From positions 328,600,001 to 328,664,000 of the forward strand of contig OZ024743.1 of NCBI GenBank assembly GCA_964016885.1: DNA of 64,000 nucleotides, read 5' to 3'. The DNA is from Eledone cirrhosa. Taxonomy: Eukaryota. The notes under the pieces are model-generated. The model saw only the letters and a list, made by a program, of their open reading frames with translations, had not been told where the DNA came from and searched no databases. A program made the position numbers and the translations under genes. The stretch's first letter is position 1. Every line of letters begins with the position of its first letter. This document shows positions 1 through 13,377 of this stretch, in pieces.

Positions 1-383
1 TCTATGTAGTTTATACTTGGAGTAATAATAAATCAAGAAAGAAGAGTGACATGGTTTGCTATACAATAAGGGTTTTATTCACATTGCTGACAATTGTTTC
101 TCTGAACTGGTAGGTCTAGAGATCGCTACCCGCCTGATTTTGCGTCAATCGATGCAAGGATATACACAGGCATGGTTACTATATATAGTAGCCATGCCTG
201 TGTATATCCTTCATTCTCGCATGCTCTGATGAATAGACTGGTTATAACAAAATATTGGCGATCGATTGACGCAAAATCAAGCGGGTAGCGATCTCTAGAC
301 CTACCAGTTCAGAGAAACAATTGTCAGCAATGTGAATAAAGCCCTTATTGTATAGCAAACCATGTCACTCTTCTTTCTTGATT

Positions 384-390
<7 letters not shown>
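1..390. mobile_element. Fold-back PLE pseudo-LTR remnant: arms ~24-152 and ~261-388 are inverted, with an inner palindrome at ~154-211
   Basis: Reverse complement of 24-152 matches 261-388 with 2 mismatches. Ends in (TA)n, contains an HHR, and has a homologous copy at ~48425-48612. Confidence 0.75.
217..335 (+). ncRNA. Type I hammerhead ribozyme with a very long stem II insertion
   Basis: tcgcatgct-CTGATGA(226-232)-...actggt...accagt...-GAAA(314-317)-caattg-TC-agcaatgtga. Stem I pairs and stem III is the palindrome caattg. Confidence 0.7.
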
Positions 391-417
<27 letters not shown>

Positions 418-984
418 CAAAACAAAACACAGGAAGCAAAATTAGACAGTTATATTAGGTTCACGCTTATATATGTAGATCCCGAATTAAATCGGGACTA
501 ACCGCAGTCAATAAAATACTCAATACATTAGTAGAGTGTAAACATCATTATTTAATATAGAAATGGCTTCTACAGGACTAGAACTGTTATCAGGATTACC
601 AACGACTTACTATATCACCCTTCTTTAACTCTCCTTTAATTATCTTTTAACTCTTCTTTAACTCTCCTTCAACTCTTCTTTAACTCTTCTGCAGTCATTC
701 GTAATGTAACGCTTATCTTCTCCTGGATCAAAAGGATTCAATTTCTGAGCAGATAAATGATGATTCTTAGCAGACGAGACATATTTCTTTACTGAACGTC
801 ATCGCCCTAAACCCATCAATAACACACAAGTTCTTTGATAAAGCACAACGATAAATGTATAAATTACCACTAAAAAACTGAAGACATTGTAATTGATATA
901 TATATATATATACAGTATATATATATATACAGTATATATATATATATATATACAGTATATATATACAGTATATATATATATACA

Positions 985-1055
<71 letters not shown>

Positions 1056-1139
1056 TACATGGGTGTGTATGATTGTGTATAGAAGATTATATTAATAAAA
1101 GGAATTCCAACTTTGTCTGATTTACTCGTTTTATTTATA

Positions 1140-1172
<33 letters not shown>

Positions 1173-1264
1173 CAATTGCAATGTCTTCAGTTTATATATA
1201 TATATAAATATATATATAAGTGTGTGTGTGTGTGTGTGTGTAAATGATACGTATATATATATGA

Positions 1265-1320
<56 letters not shown>

Positions 1321-1511
1321 GCAAATAGACGGAGTGAGTGAAGAGGGAGGGAAAGAGAGAGAAAGGGGAGGGAGAGTGATTTATATATATATATATATAT
1401 AGTAATAATAATAAATTTGAAGACTAAAATCCAAAGAGGGCTCGATAATGATAAATATATATCAAATATATAAGAACCGTAGAGCAAATATTTATTAAAA
1501 TAACAGATTAA

Positions 1512-1562
1512 AGTTTAAGCAAAGAATCGCTGCTTTCACCCTTAACGGGATCTTCTGAAACT
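1512..1562 (-). ncRNA. HHR variant (core CAGAAGA) in the PLE 3' pseudo-LTR
   Basis: agttt-CAGAAGA-t-ccc-gttaa-ggg-t-GAAA-gca...tgc-TT-aaact. All three stems pair. Inverted copy at 4304-4354. Confidence 0.65.
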
Positions 1563-1649
1563 AACAAAGCCAATCTGTAAACGCAGAAGTGGATATTTCA
1601 AAAAACGTTGCAACCGGAGGAAGACGAAGACGATACTTTGGTTCGTGGA

Positions 1650-1912
1650 AACGTTCGCTGGCAAAGAACGGGAAAAAACGAATATAATACGTCATTAATA
1701 GGAGCGGTGAAAAACAATTACCTGCAAAGACAGAACCACGTTTATGGTATAAAAGAGGTCGTAGACTAATGTTCTCTTAGGTGGTGCATAGAGACGTTCT
1801 CTGGCAATGAACGAAAAAAAAAACGAAGATAATACGTCATATGTGAAGCGTGGAGAACAATAGCACGCAAAGACAAAACCACGTAAATGGTATAGCAGAA
1901 GTCGTAGACTAA
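1650..1912. repeat. Diverged direct repeat, two ~120-bp copies, inside the PLE 3' UTR
   Basis: acgttcgctggcaaagaacg...gtcgtagactaa recurs as acgttctctggcaatgaacg...gtcgtagactaa. Confidence 0.7.
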
Positions 1913-2445
1913 AATTCTAACTAGGAGACCGAATGAATCTCCGCTTCAGAGTTAAGAACAAATACAATACAGAAGTAATAGAAATAAATAAATACATACA
2001 CGCAAACAAATACGTACATACACAAGCATACGCAAAACACTTGTGAGTGTGTGTATGCGTGTATACAAATAAATAAATAATTATATAAACGTATATAAAT
2101 AAATAAATACGTATATAACAAGCGCACACACATACCTACATGCAAATACACGAATGTTCGGAGACGTAAGTCAACCAAAACATATACACACACCCTACAT
2201 ACGTACGAACCTGCATACTCGCGCAGACGCAAAACTCCCGAATACACATAGCCAAACCATATGTACCAGAATATATAAAAATATACGCCATAACATAAAC
2301 AATCAAATATACGTACGAGAAGGTATGCGTACCTTCACAAAACATACGGGTAATATATACTTACCTATGCAAATAAGTAATGGTATAAACAAAACATATA
2401 CTTAGCTCCCACATCAAGACGTAAAATATCCACGTATAGATCGTA

Positions 2446-4248
2446 CTATCCGTTAGGGTATAACGTGGGGTTGTAATACAGGAAAGTTTTGTGCAATTTA
2501 TGTTTACAAGCCGAAATTGCCTCAGATTTTTTGTTTAAGATGTGGTCTGTGGCGTAGAGTATTTCCAGGGCCTCAGCGGCGCAGAGGTCACATGGTCTTT
2601 TATTTCCGTTATACGATCTAGCCCTAGCTAGGGTCTCCCAGTGTAACTTATATTGGGTGTGGTTGTCTTTTAGACTCCAGATATAAGCTGAAAGTGATGT
2701 CATATTCCTTCTTAGAGGGTAACGAAAAGAATGGGTATGCATGTAAAGACGCTGCTTGAATCTATTGGCGGTTAACCCTATGTAGGCCCTACGGGAGGTG
2801 GGTGTTACAACCTTACATTTGTAGACAATGTTACTAGAGAGGCATTTCCCGGATAGGGGGCAATCAACCCGATTCCTACAATTACAGTTAGTACTAACTA
2901 CTGGGTTGCACGTGTTCCTACGGCTAGGTAGTTTAGCTAAATTTGAAGCTGTGATGTTATGTGCGAGGTTAGGAGTCGTAGAGTAAGAAATTTTAATAGT
3001 ACTTCTATTAAAAATTTTACTATATTTATGTGTAGGGGGAAAATGCTTCGTAATAAGGGAAAGAAAGATCTTAGCTAATGGTGTGGCCACCTCCATATTA
3101 TATGGTGGGTTAAACCAACAAATGCGACGGGATCTATTTCTTCTAGGTCTATTTTCGTACTCTGTATATGCTACCTTATCGACAAATCCACTTCGAGCAA
3201 GAGCTTCATTGTAATAAGTGGAATGGTCGTTGAAAATACGCTCGTTAGTGGAAAGACGGGAAAGACTCAACGAAACGTTTCTTACCAGGTTCTTGGTTAT
3301 GCTGGCAGGATGGTTGGAATGCTTACTTATGTAATTAAGCGTATCATTCGGCTTTCTATACGGGTAATACAACCCATTCAATAAATTGAGGGTAACGTCG
3401 AGGTAATTAACGACCGAGAGATTGGCCTCAACCTGTATAGAGAGGTTGAAGCCTTTAAAGAAGGCGGTGAGTTCTTTTCTGAACCTGTCGCAAGCACGAG
3501 GTCCGCACTTAGTCATGGTCAAAAGACCATCGTCACGGTACAAACCACCGCCCGCGTTGGGGAATTCGTCCTTGATAGAGAAAAGAAGGAAAATGCCGAT
3601 AAGATCAGTAACCTCCGCAGAATCACTGGCGCCCATACTCACGTCGAATGGGGTACTATTGGATTTTTTAATCCAAATAGAGTCGTCGAAATTAATCACC
3701 GACTTTCGGGCATTGAGGATGACATCAACTTCGAAATCCTTAACCACTGTGAGTGTTTTAGCGAAATTGATAGCTCTAAGGAGAAGTGGTAAAGTGGTGG
3801 AGGAGTAGTAATTGTTGATGTCGAATTGGATAAAACGGCAATGTTCCTTGTTACATATGCCGTTGAACCAATCAATCAACGCGAAAGAATTGTTCCACAG
3901 CGCAAGAGGGGCCAAACTTCTAATTTCAGGTATAATTCTATCAAGAATCGTTTTACTAAGTCTACCTAAATCGGACTTCGTAGGGTTAATAAGCCGAATA
4001 GAGGGGTTGTTCGGAAAATTGGATTTGTGATCCTTCAGGGTAAAGTGGGGAGAAATAGGGTCCAGAGGTTCGGTCCGGTCCAGGATGTTGAGATCAGATG
4101 TGATTTTAAACCCAGCATCGTTGATTTCATTGATGACGCACCGATTAGTTTTACGGTAATCCTTAGTTACAGCATTATGTAGTAGTTGATGGTAAGTACT
4201 GCGCTCCACTTGATATAGGTTGCCAGTTTTGTCGGAATGGACGTGCAC
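2446..4248 (-). CDS. PLE polyprotein (reverse transcriptase + C-terminal GIY-YIG endonuclease), probably Hydra-type; N-terminus truncated but frame uninterrupted
   Basis: SDKT motif, QFDINNYY, MGASDSAEVTDLIG, YRDDGL, YLDV, YRKP, CNCx5C linker, IVYKC...YIGLT...FKQR...H, terminal CxxC. Confidence 0.9.
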   Translation of the reverse strand: MHVHSDKTGNLYQVERSTYHQLLHNAVTKDYRKTNRCVINEINDAGFKITSDLNILDRTEPLDPISPHFTLKDHKSNFPNNPSIRLINPTKSDLGRLSKTILDRIIPEIRSLAPLALWNNSFALIDWFNGICNKEHCRFIQFDINNYYSSTTLPLLLRAINFAKTLTVVKDFEVDVILNARKSVINFDDSIWIKKSNSTPFDVSMGASDSAEVTDLIGIFLLFSIKDEFPNAGGGLYRDDGLLTMTKCGPRACDRFRKELTAFFKGFNLSIQVEANLSVVNYLDVTLNLLNGLYYPYRKPNDTLNYISKHSNHPASITKNLVRNVSLSLSRLSTNERIFNDHSTYYNEALARSGFVDKVAYTEYENRPRRNRSRRICWFNPPYNMEVATPLAKIFLSLITKHFPPTHKYSKIFNRSTIKISYSTTPNLAHNITASNLAKLPSRRNTCNPVVSTNCNCRNRVDCPLSGKCLSSNIVYKCKVVTPTSRRAYIGLTANRFKQRLYMHTHSFRYPLRRNMTSLSAYIWSLKDNHTQYKLHWETLARARSYNGNKRPCDLCAAEALEILYATDHILNKKSEAISACKHKLHKTFLYYNPTLYPNG

Positions 4249-4303
4249 GGCATTAGAATCCTTAATAAAATATCCACTTCTGCGTTTACAGATTGACTTT
4301 GTT

Positions 4304-4354
4304 AGTTTCAGAAGATCCCGTTAAGGGTGAAAACAGCGATTCTTTGCTTAAACT
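4304..4354 (+). ncRNA. HHR variant (CAGAAGA), inverted-arm copy
   Basis: Near-identical to the reverse complement of 1512-1562. Confidence 0.6.
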
Positions 4355-4370
4355 TTAATCTGTTATTTTA

Positions 4371-4417
<47 letters not shown>

Positions 4418-4425
4418 TAGAGTAG

Positions 4426-4459
<34 letters not shown>

Positions 4460-4479
4460 ATAGATAGAGAGAGATAGAG

Positions 4480-4512
<33 letters not shown>

Positions 4513-4535
4513 ATAGAGAGAGAGATAGAGATAGG

Positions 4536-4587
<52 letters not shown>

Positions 4588-4748
4588 TTGTAAGCTCTTT
4601 TTTGTTAAACTTTGTATTTTGATTATTGAAGTCGATAATAATTCTAATGAATTGGATTAAAACATCTAATAGAGTTTGCAACTGAATTATTTCCCCTGAT
4701 AGGAAGATAAGCAATGATTCAACACTATTTACACGTACACACACACGT

Positions 4749-4781
<33 letters not shown>

Positions 4782-6027
4782 CACACACATGTATACACAC
4801 ACATGTATACACACACACTCACACGCATGTATATATATATATATACATATAACCAGCTATCAATCAATCACATATGCCATCTTCTCTCCCCCTCCTCTTT
4901 TTACTCCCATCCCCCTCTTCCTCCTCCTCCTTCTTCTTCTTCTTCTTCTTCTTCTTCTTCTTCTTCTTCTTCTTGTCTGTACATTCAAACATTGACTTTA
5001 TTGATCACAAACTCAATGTGAAATATTGTATTTTCTTCAAAAATTAGCTTACAGGAAAATATTGTAGATCAAAACACGCCATTTTATCGTTTCCAACAGA
5101 ATTAGTTTTATGTCAGAAATCAGAACCACATTACCAATTCTAGCCTTGTCTCCAACGGAATCTCCACCACCAAAATGGCTTGACTATGGAAACTCACAGA
5201 GAAAAGTATTGAAGCAATAAGAATGCAGCTTATACAAATTAATTTGGAGATTGCAACAAACAAACAAATAAAATAAAACACATTTGAAACCGCGTGTTCT
5301 AGTCTTTAGGGTAGTGAGATCAAGATCGTAAGATCGTAAGTTCATTCCCTTGCCTCGGTACTCAAAGCCGAACTTTAACCTGCTGAGACCCTAAGCTATA
5401 TGAAATGTGAGGCCCATCTCTAAAAAAACACAGGTAAAAAAAATTTAAATAATTATACATGACTATTTTTTTGTATTAATTTTAATGATAAAGAATAAGT
5501 AATATATAAAAGTTAAGTTCAACCAATTTGAATTAACCCTTTTCTTTCTCTCTCCCACTTACTGATTCTCTTTCTCTATTACTATCTATCTCCTTTCTCA
5601 CCCTCTCTCTGATCTCTTACTACTTTTCCATTCCTACTCACTTCCGTTTTCCTTCGTCTCTTCCTCTCAATTCCTATTCTCGTTACGATCAGACGTTCTT
5701 TTCTCTCCCTCTCGCTTGTTGTTAGTATCTCGCTTGTTATGTTCGGCCCAAGTATTAACTCTTTCCTCTCTCCCCTCGGTTACTACCAAACTTTATGTAC
5801 TGCTGCCTCGTCTTTTCCCCTTTCTCTATCCATATGTTTTTCTTTTTCGTTTTTTTTTTTGACATTCTCTTCGTTATCGTCTGTTGTGTCTCCTCCCGAA
5901 TAGCTATCCATTTTAGCTATCAACGCACTGCGATGAGATGTACTGTCTTTAATGCGTTCAAAACATCAGTGATCCACAGAAGATAGCCGATCAGCGGGAA
6001 TTGTCATTGTATTTGTGTTTCTCTCAC

Positions 6028-6120
6028 GTTAACTTTGCCTTTCATCATTACGGGGTCGATAAAATAAAGTACCAGTAATGTACTGAGTAATTGGTGGCCT
6101 TGTGCTAAAAGTAGAAACAG

Positions 6121-6121
<1 letters not shown>
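6028..6121 (+). mobile_element. tRNA-derived SINE (family A), 3' fragment
   Basis: ctttgcctttcatc..ggggtcgataaaataaagtaccagt core shared with the full copy at 46957. Confidence 0.7.
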
Positions 6122-6185
<64 letters not shown>

Positions 6186-6316
6186 GTAGTAACATGTGCT
6201 TACACCGTATAGCCGTTTCTAAACAAAGAAAGCCTGTTTTGTGTCTCCCTATTTATATGCATATATATATTCAAAATAGGGAGCGCATGGGACAAAGACA
6301 CTGGGAAAGAAACACC

Positions 6317-6395
<79 letters not shown>

Positions 6396-6517
6396 TTAGA
6401 TAGATAGATAGATAGATAGATACGGATAGATAGATTAAATAGAATCGAAGTCAGTTTTGCAGCCTATGTACAGACTTTATTGACATATTACAATTGTTTC
6501 GATATCGATCATCTCAG

Positions 6518-6567
<50 letters not shown>

Positions 6568-7125
6568 TTATGATTTAGTGTTGAAGAATAAAAACTAAGA
6601 TAAAATAAAAATATATCTTAAAAAATGAGTCCCCTGAGGATGTGTCTCCCTAAGCTATAGCTTATTTATCTTGTAGGTAAGTGCACCAGTGGGTATTCCA
6701 TATACTTGAACAAAACACTACGGTTTACGTTGTTTCAGACCACACAGCTGTAAAGTTAATATCACCAGCAATGGCTGGGAGTTACCCTGCAATGGACTGG
6801 CGTCCCGTTCAGGAGGTGAAGGAAATTTGAGCTTCTATGCTTTATTTTAAAGGTAACTCAACAAAAGAAGAGAAGCTAGTGAAATACAGTATTATAAAGT
6901 GACACCACATCCAAACCAACACTCCACGCATCTCTCATAACTCATTCATCTTGTTATAATGTGATATAGTGGATAAAGAGTGGTCGTTGTCGTTTATATA
7001 AACAATACAGGTTTGTATAAATATTTCGTATCTCCAAAGAAATACAGTTTTAGGAAGCCGTAGCTATGCAAACACCGGGGGGGGCTAACGCCCTCTGGTG
7101 ATGTCCAGCAGAAGCAAGGGGGACA

Positions 7126-7169
7126 ACCGTCTATGCATTTCAGGCTTAACTGGCCTTCGTCAGGACGGT
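7126..7169 (-). ncRNA. Minimal type I hammerhead ribozyme
   Basis: accgtc-CTGACGA-aggc-cagttaa-gcct-GAAA-tgca-TA-gacggt. Perfect 6-bp stem I and palindromic stem III. Confidence 0.9.
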
Positions 7170-7208
7170 CCCTCCCACCACTTGCGACTGCTGGACTAGA
7201 AGACAGCT

Positions 7209-7264
7209 GAGAAAATATAGTTTTCTCGTCTGTGTAAATGAGGTGATTAATCTCATTTGCATAT
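7209..7264 (-). promoter_or_regulatory. Candidate snRNA-like promoter: octamer ATGCAAAT (7255-7262) and a TATA within a palindrome (7209-7227)
   Basis: Motifs seen directly. Same order and spacing as in family R2. Promoter function is inferred. Confidence 0.45.
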
Positions 7265-7464
7265 GAAGCTGCATAAGTTGGCTCAACTTATAATAAAAAA
7301 GAAATAGGATTTCGCTTCAAGCATAGCTTTATACAATATGTATAAATATTTCGTATTTCCAAAGAAATACGGTTTTAGGAAGCCGTAGCAATGCAAACAC
7401 CGGGGGGGGGGGGGGGGGGGGGGCTAACGCCCTCTGGTGATGTTCAGCAGAAGCAAGAGGGACA

Positions 7465-7508
7465 ACCGTCTATGCATTTCAGGCTTAACTGGCCTTCGTC
7501 AGGACGGT
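7465..7508 (-). ncRNA. Minimal type I hammerhead ribozyme (second tandem copy)
   Basis: Identical to 7126-7169. Confidence 0.9.
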
Positions 7509-7633
7509 CCCTACCATCGCTTTGAAACAGACAGCTGCTCCCCAATATACACGAATAAGGAAATACACACGTTTATATGACCTTACCTGAATATACACAC
7601 ATGTATATACAACAGAGTATATATGTATATATG

Positions 7634-7731
7634 TGTCCCCCCCAAAATATATACACACTTCAACAGCATTCTAATAAATATTGCCTTTACAGGTAATCAA
7701 AGTGTGTATGCATTTTTTGTGATACCTTGTA
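7634..7731. mobile_element. Small Tc1/mariner-like MITE remnant
   Basis: gtgtccccccaaaatatatacacactt ... aagtgtgtatgcattttttgtgataccttgta form imperfect TIRs. Confidence 0.4.
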
Positions 7732-8144
7732 TATATAAATATATATATAGGTGTCTCTGTGTGTGTGTGTATGCATGTATACATACATACATACATACAC
7801 ACATACATACATACACATACACATACACACATCCAAATTATACGCTCTTCTGCGTCTGCCCGTATCTCTCATGTATACGTAGGTCTGTGTGTCCATGTGC
7901 AAACTATATATTTACTATGTCTGTCCGCCCGTCTGTCTGTCTGTATGTCGATGTAACGGTGTATACATGTATAAATGTTCCATCTGAAAATTGTTCCTTT
8001 ACGGATGTTAAGCCGCCCTACCAAGCATGACAGCTGACTATGGCATACTACAGTCGGATGACTGGCGCTTTATAATGATATATTGCATACCTTGTCTATC
8101 GAATTCATCTCGCTTCACCAACTCTTAACGTAACTACGCGCATG

Positions 8145-8213
<69 letters not shown>

Positions 8214-8289
8214 ATGTATGTATGTATGTATGTATGTATGTATGTATGTATGTATGTATGTATGTATGTATGCATGTATGTATGTTTGT

Positions 8290-11010
8290 ATGTTCTTCAG
8301 GTTTTATAATTTCACAAATTTTTACCAATAGAGAGATAGTCGGTTTCTAGCATAGTTACAAAACTCTCTCATTGGAATTTACACAACATCAACTAGTAGA
8401 TATGTATGTATGCCTGCATGCATGCATGTGTGTGCAGGTATGGATGTTACTGTATGTGTGGATATGTATGTTTTTAGTTGTATGTGTACATGTGCATACG
8501 CTTTATATCTGTACATGTGTACATGCAGAATCTTTGAAATGCTTTACATATTTTTACTGTTCCATTAATAGATTGTACTTGTAATTTCCTTACTAGTCGT
8601 GTTCTTTCTGTTCCTGTGAAGCCTAGCTTCTCAAGATTTGTATTGAAGCAGTTACTAACATACCCCAGTGCCCCAATAATCACAGGCATCTGAAGGTGTA
8701 ATCAGGGTGGAGTATCTGTAGATTTCTCATTAGTTCTGCATAGATGTTCTCCTTTTCGCTAATCTTTGATTTTATATTGGCACCTGAGCATGCCTTCTTC
8801 TCCCTGTCCCTGCATTTTATTGGGGTTTTGACAGGAACAACCCATCAGTACTCTTTCATATTATGTATGTATATGTCTTCCACATTGCTATAACTTTTAA
8901 TGTGTTTATTGTCGGGACTATCTTTTCTACGAACTGCATTGTACAGTGTTTTGGCCACTACATCATGTTTCGTGGGTAGATAGTACCGCAATGACATCTT
9001 TGGACAGCTGCTTATGACATGGGTGACATCTTCGTTGTTAGTTCTGCAGCGTCTGCATTTGTTGTCACATCTAGTTGTTTTGCCTGCATCCCTATCTCTT
9101 TTGTGAATCAGGTATTTTGCGTTGATTTCCTGTTCTTGGATTGCAAAAACATATCCTCCAAAGTAGGAGCCAATATAGCGGTTGTTGGTGCAAGACTATT
9201 TTGCTTATCTATATTACTCTCATTCTGGAGTTCCCTGGCAACATATCCATGCATGACCTTTTGCTGATAAGCATGCAGTTTTTCATCCATGGATTCGCTG
9301 CTGTGTTGCTGTGAAATTTCCCTGGGTGTGAAATTTTGATTATCACGCAGGGAATATCTTTCAATGAGTTCCTTCCCAACTCTCATGATCTTATCTATCG
9401 GATGCAGATAGACTTGCTCGGTAGATCGGCTCCTACGTTTGGAGGTTCGTAGATGTTGTCGGAGGGATATGATGCGACATTCAAATGCTGTCTGGAGCAA
9501 GTCGGAGGGCCTCTATCATCCAAGAGTGGGGAACAGAATCGAAAACTTTCCTGTAGTCCAGCCAGACTGTAGCCATATTCCTCCTAAGTTGTCGCACCTC
9601 CGACATCGCAGTTTTGTTGATTAGGAGTTGTTCAGCACACCACCAAGCACCTTTCTTTCCAGCTGCTTGTTCATCTGTGATGATGTTATTATTTTCACAG
9701 TGATCTTTGAGAAATAGGTTCAGGCAGGCTGTACACATCTTATACATCAGGTTCTGGCATGCAATGGGTCGGTAGTTTTTTTGCCAACTGGGTGTCTTTG
9801 TTCTTGGGGACCAGCGTTGTTTGTGCTAATGTCAACCATTCTGGTATATGTGTATCTCCCTTGAGAGCTTGTTGGTAAAGGTAGATAAGATATATCCGAT
9901 AGAATATCAATTTTTTGTACCAGTAGCCGACAATCATGTCTCTTCCTGATGTTTTCTTATCTTGGAGTTTTCTTATCACAGTCTCAAGGGTATCCTAATT
10001 TATTTCGTATGCTTTTGTTGTAGTGTAGGAGCAATAGATTCTTTTGGATTTCTTTTAGCTACACTGCATCTTGGTTGAAATTCTTCTTTTCATCTCATAT
10101 TTTTCTCCAAAAGGAATCTATATCTTTCTGGGATGGGGCCTCAGTGACACTTATTATTTTGTTCTTCATATCTCTATTGACTGATGTTTCGTTTCGTCTG
10201 AATCTTTTATTAAGTACTTTTCTTTCATCTACTTTCTTCTGGTATCGACGTTTCTCGCTGACAGCTCTCAATTCTTGTTTGGAGGTGATCAACTTATATT
10301 GAAGAGTTCTGGTTCTACTGTTACCAAACATCTTTCTATTTTATTTTTTACTCTTTGTTGGTGAGGAGTGAGGGTTTTTTGTGTTTGTTTGCATCTAAGG
10401 AGCATTGTCACATATCCTATGGTTTTTCGTAGGTTAGCAATCGTTTTTTCTATTTTAATTATATATGATGGTATTTTTTGTGGTGTTTTGTTCTTGTTAA
10501 TATCTCTGCTATCACCAACATAATGCTTCACTGTCGTTGCTAGGTCATATAAACAGGCGTTGATTTGCCAAAATGTTAGGGTTTTAATCCGTCGTAAATA
10601 TTCACCCTCTATTTTGTCAATAGCACGTAAGATTTCATTATTTGGTTTTATTTTATTTAGTATTGTTTATACATGAATTAATTTCTCTCTGGAAGATTTC
10701 GTTGAGGGAAATTTTCAATTGTTTATACTTTTGATTATTATTATTATCGATAGTGTTTTCCACAACAGTCGAGTTAGACTCAGATGGTACACGTAGTGTC
10801 AAATTTCTTAGATTATTATTATTATTTCTTTGATTATTATTATTATCGATAGTGTTTTCCCCAGCATTCGAGGTAGACTTAGATGGTACACGTGGTGTCA
10901 AATTTCTTACAGGCATAGTTGTTTCAAGGCACTGTTCGACCTGGCTACTAGGAAGTCTAGTAGCATGGCGACCTGTAGCACGTGTTGTTTTGATTCGATG
11001 TTTGTTCTGG
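8290..11010 (-). pseudogene. Degenerate R4/Dong-like non-LTR retrotransposon (RT + CCHC + restriction-like endonuclease), internally deleted, 3' end in (CATA)n
   Basis: Frameshifted ORFs include EQAAGKKGAWWCAEQLLINK, WLDYRKVFDSVPHSW and PVIIGALGYV...VKICK. The 3' part is homologous to 63172-64000. Confidence 0.85.
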
Positions 11011-11021
11011 GGGACTTACAA

Positions 11022-11690
<669 letters not shown>

Positions 11691-11798
11691 CCTTCATTTT
11701 TCCAGATATTGATTATAGGGCCTTCCTGCTATATCAAGCGTCAATCTAATATATACCTTCCATATACTGTACCGATTGTGTTGTTATTTCTGTTTACC

Positions 11799-11869
<71 letters not shown>

Positions 11870-11871
<2 letters not shown>

Positions 11872-13282
11872 AGAGGTTTCCCGAATAAGACGAATACAAA
11901 AAACGTCCTCATTTGTCCGTCAGACAAGGCAATTTAAAACATAGTGAAATATTTGAAAAATCTCCTCAAGAAAGGCAAAAAGGTTTAATGGGCAAAAAAA
12001 AAATATAAATAAAATATATAATATAAAAATAAAATAAGGAAATATAGTTAGGGTATGTGTATAAATGTGTGTATATTCACTCACAAATGTACATATATGT
12101 GTATGTACAAATGCTTGTGTATAGTGAAAAAATGTGTGCGTAAGTACATATATGAGGGCAAGCATATCAGTGTATGTGTGACCACAAATACGTATATAAT
12201 ATATGTTGAAAAAGAAATTGTAAGATAATAGAGTTAACGTACATCCAGATTTAATAGAAACTGTATCAAAATCAGCTACTGCTGCGGTCCCCCTATTAAA
12301 TCTATATCCTCAATAAGAAAATACCCAGAGAAATCAAAATTGCTCCTGTAGAGTCAAAAGTGAATGCCCATTACAAGGTAAATGCAACACCAAAGCCATT
12401 GTATATGCGGCTAAAGTGACAACCACCAGCAACAACCTACCAGCCACCAGCAAACGATATGTGGGTATGACACAAGACAAATTCAAAACGCCTTATTACT
12501 CACATGTCGCATCTTTCCGACATCCTGAAAAAAGATTTACAACAGCTCTGGCTAACAGAATATGGGATTTGAAAGACCAAGGTATCTAATATAAATTGGA
12601 TTGGTCAATTTTGAACCAATCTAAAGAATATGCAAGAGGAACAAGAAGATACGCATTCTGCATAAGTGAAAAATATCGGATTTTACAGAACCTTAAATCA
12701 CCAAAAAACCTGCCTAAATGCAAAAACAGAAATTTTCACCAGTTGCCGACACATGAAATCACACTTGCTTTCCAGCTCATATAAACTTAACTCACTTTCA
12801 GATACTTATCCTCCATAAACTCTTGTTCTTCACTTTCCTTAAATTACCCTCTTTACAGACTTATCTTTCTGATTTACTTTTATTTTTATTTTTAACTTTA
12901 TTTTTACTTCACATCCACCAGTGACCGCCCCCCCACCTGCTTTTTGATTCACTTACCTAATATCTTCACAATTCCACACATTTTACTTCCCCATTTTCTT
13001 TCACTACCTGATATCATTTGTCACTTGCGTTTTCAACTCCAGATATATTCTGTTGTCTCACAGCCGCTTTTATGTATGTATAATTTGTACTCATTTATTC
13101 ATACGGCTGGTTTTTAATTTGTATCTAGGCGTGTGAGTGTGCATGTGTGTATGCGTGTTTGTATATGTATACGAACGCATTCGTATGTGCGCGTGTGTGT
13201 GTATACGTGTGTATGTATGTGTGTTTTTATATTTATGTTTTTTACATATTTATATATACGTGTGTGTGTGTATGGGTGCATG

Positions 13283-13377
<95 letters not shown>

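Larger units (their letters stand above)
1401..4378 (-). mobile_element. Penelope-like retroelement, 5'-truncated, with a 5' inverted pseudo-LTR arm (4268-4378 vs 1486-1599), inserted in (TA)n
   Basis: RT + GIY-YIG ORF, long 3' UTR carrying an HHR, ~110-bp inverted copy at the 5' end, TA microsatellite on both sides. Confidence 0.9.
7014..7537 (-). mobile_element. Retrozyme-like tandem repeat (family R1), ~325-bp unit plus partial second unit, each with an HHR
   Basis: tgtataaatatttcgtat... starts at 7014 and again at 7339. No ORF. HHRs at 7126 and 7465. Confidence 0.75.

Noticed and set aside
2139-2374. Two ATGCAAAT octamers in the PLE 3' UTR
   Set aside because: Opposite orientation to the element's HHR and no matching TATA/HHR spacing; expected by chance in AT-rich DNA.
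3422-4030. Plus-strand ORFs of 128 and 72 aa
   Set aside because: Antisense shadows of the PLE RT frame.
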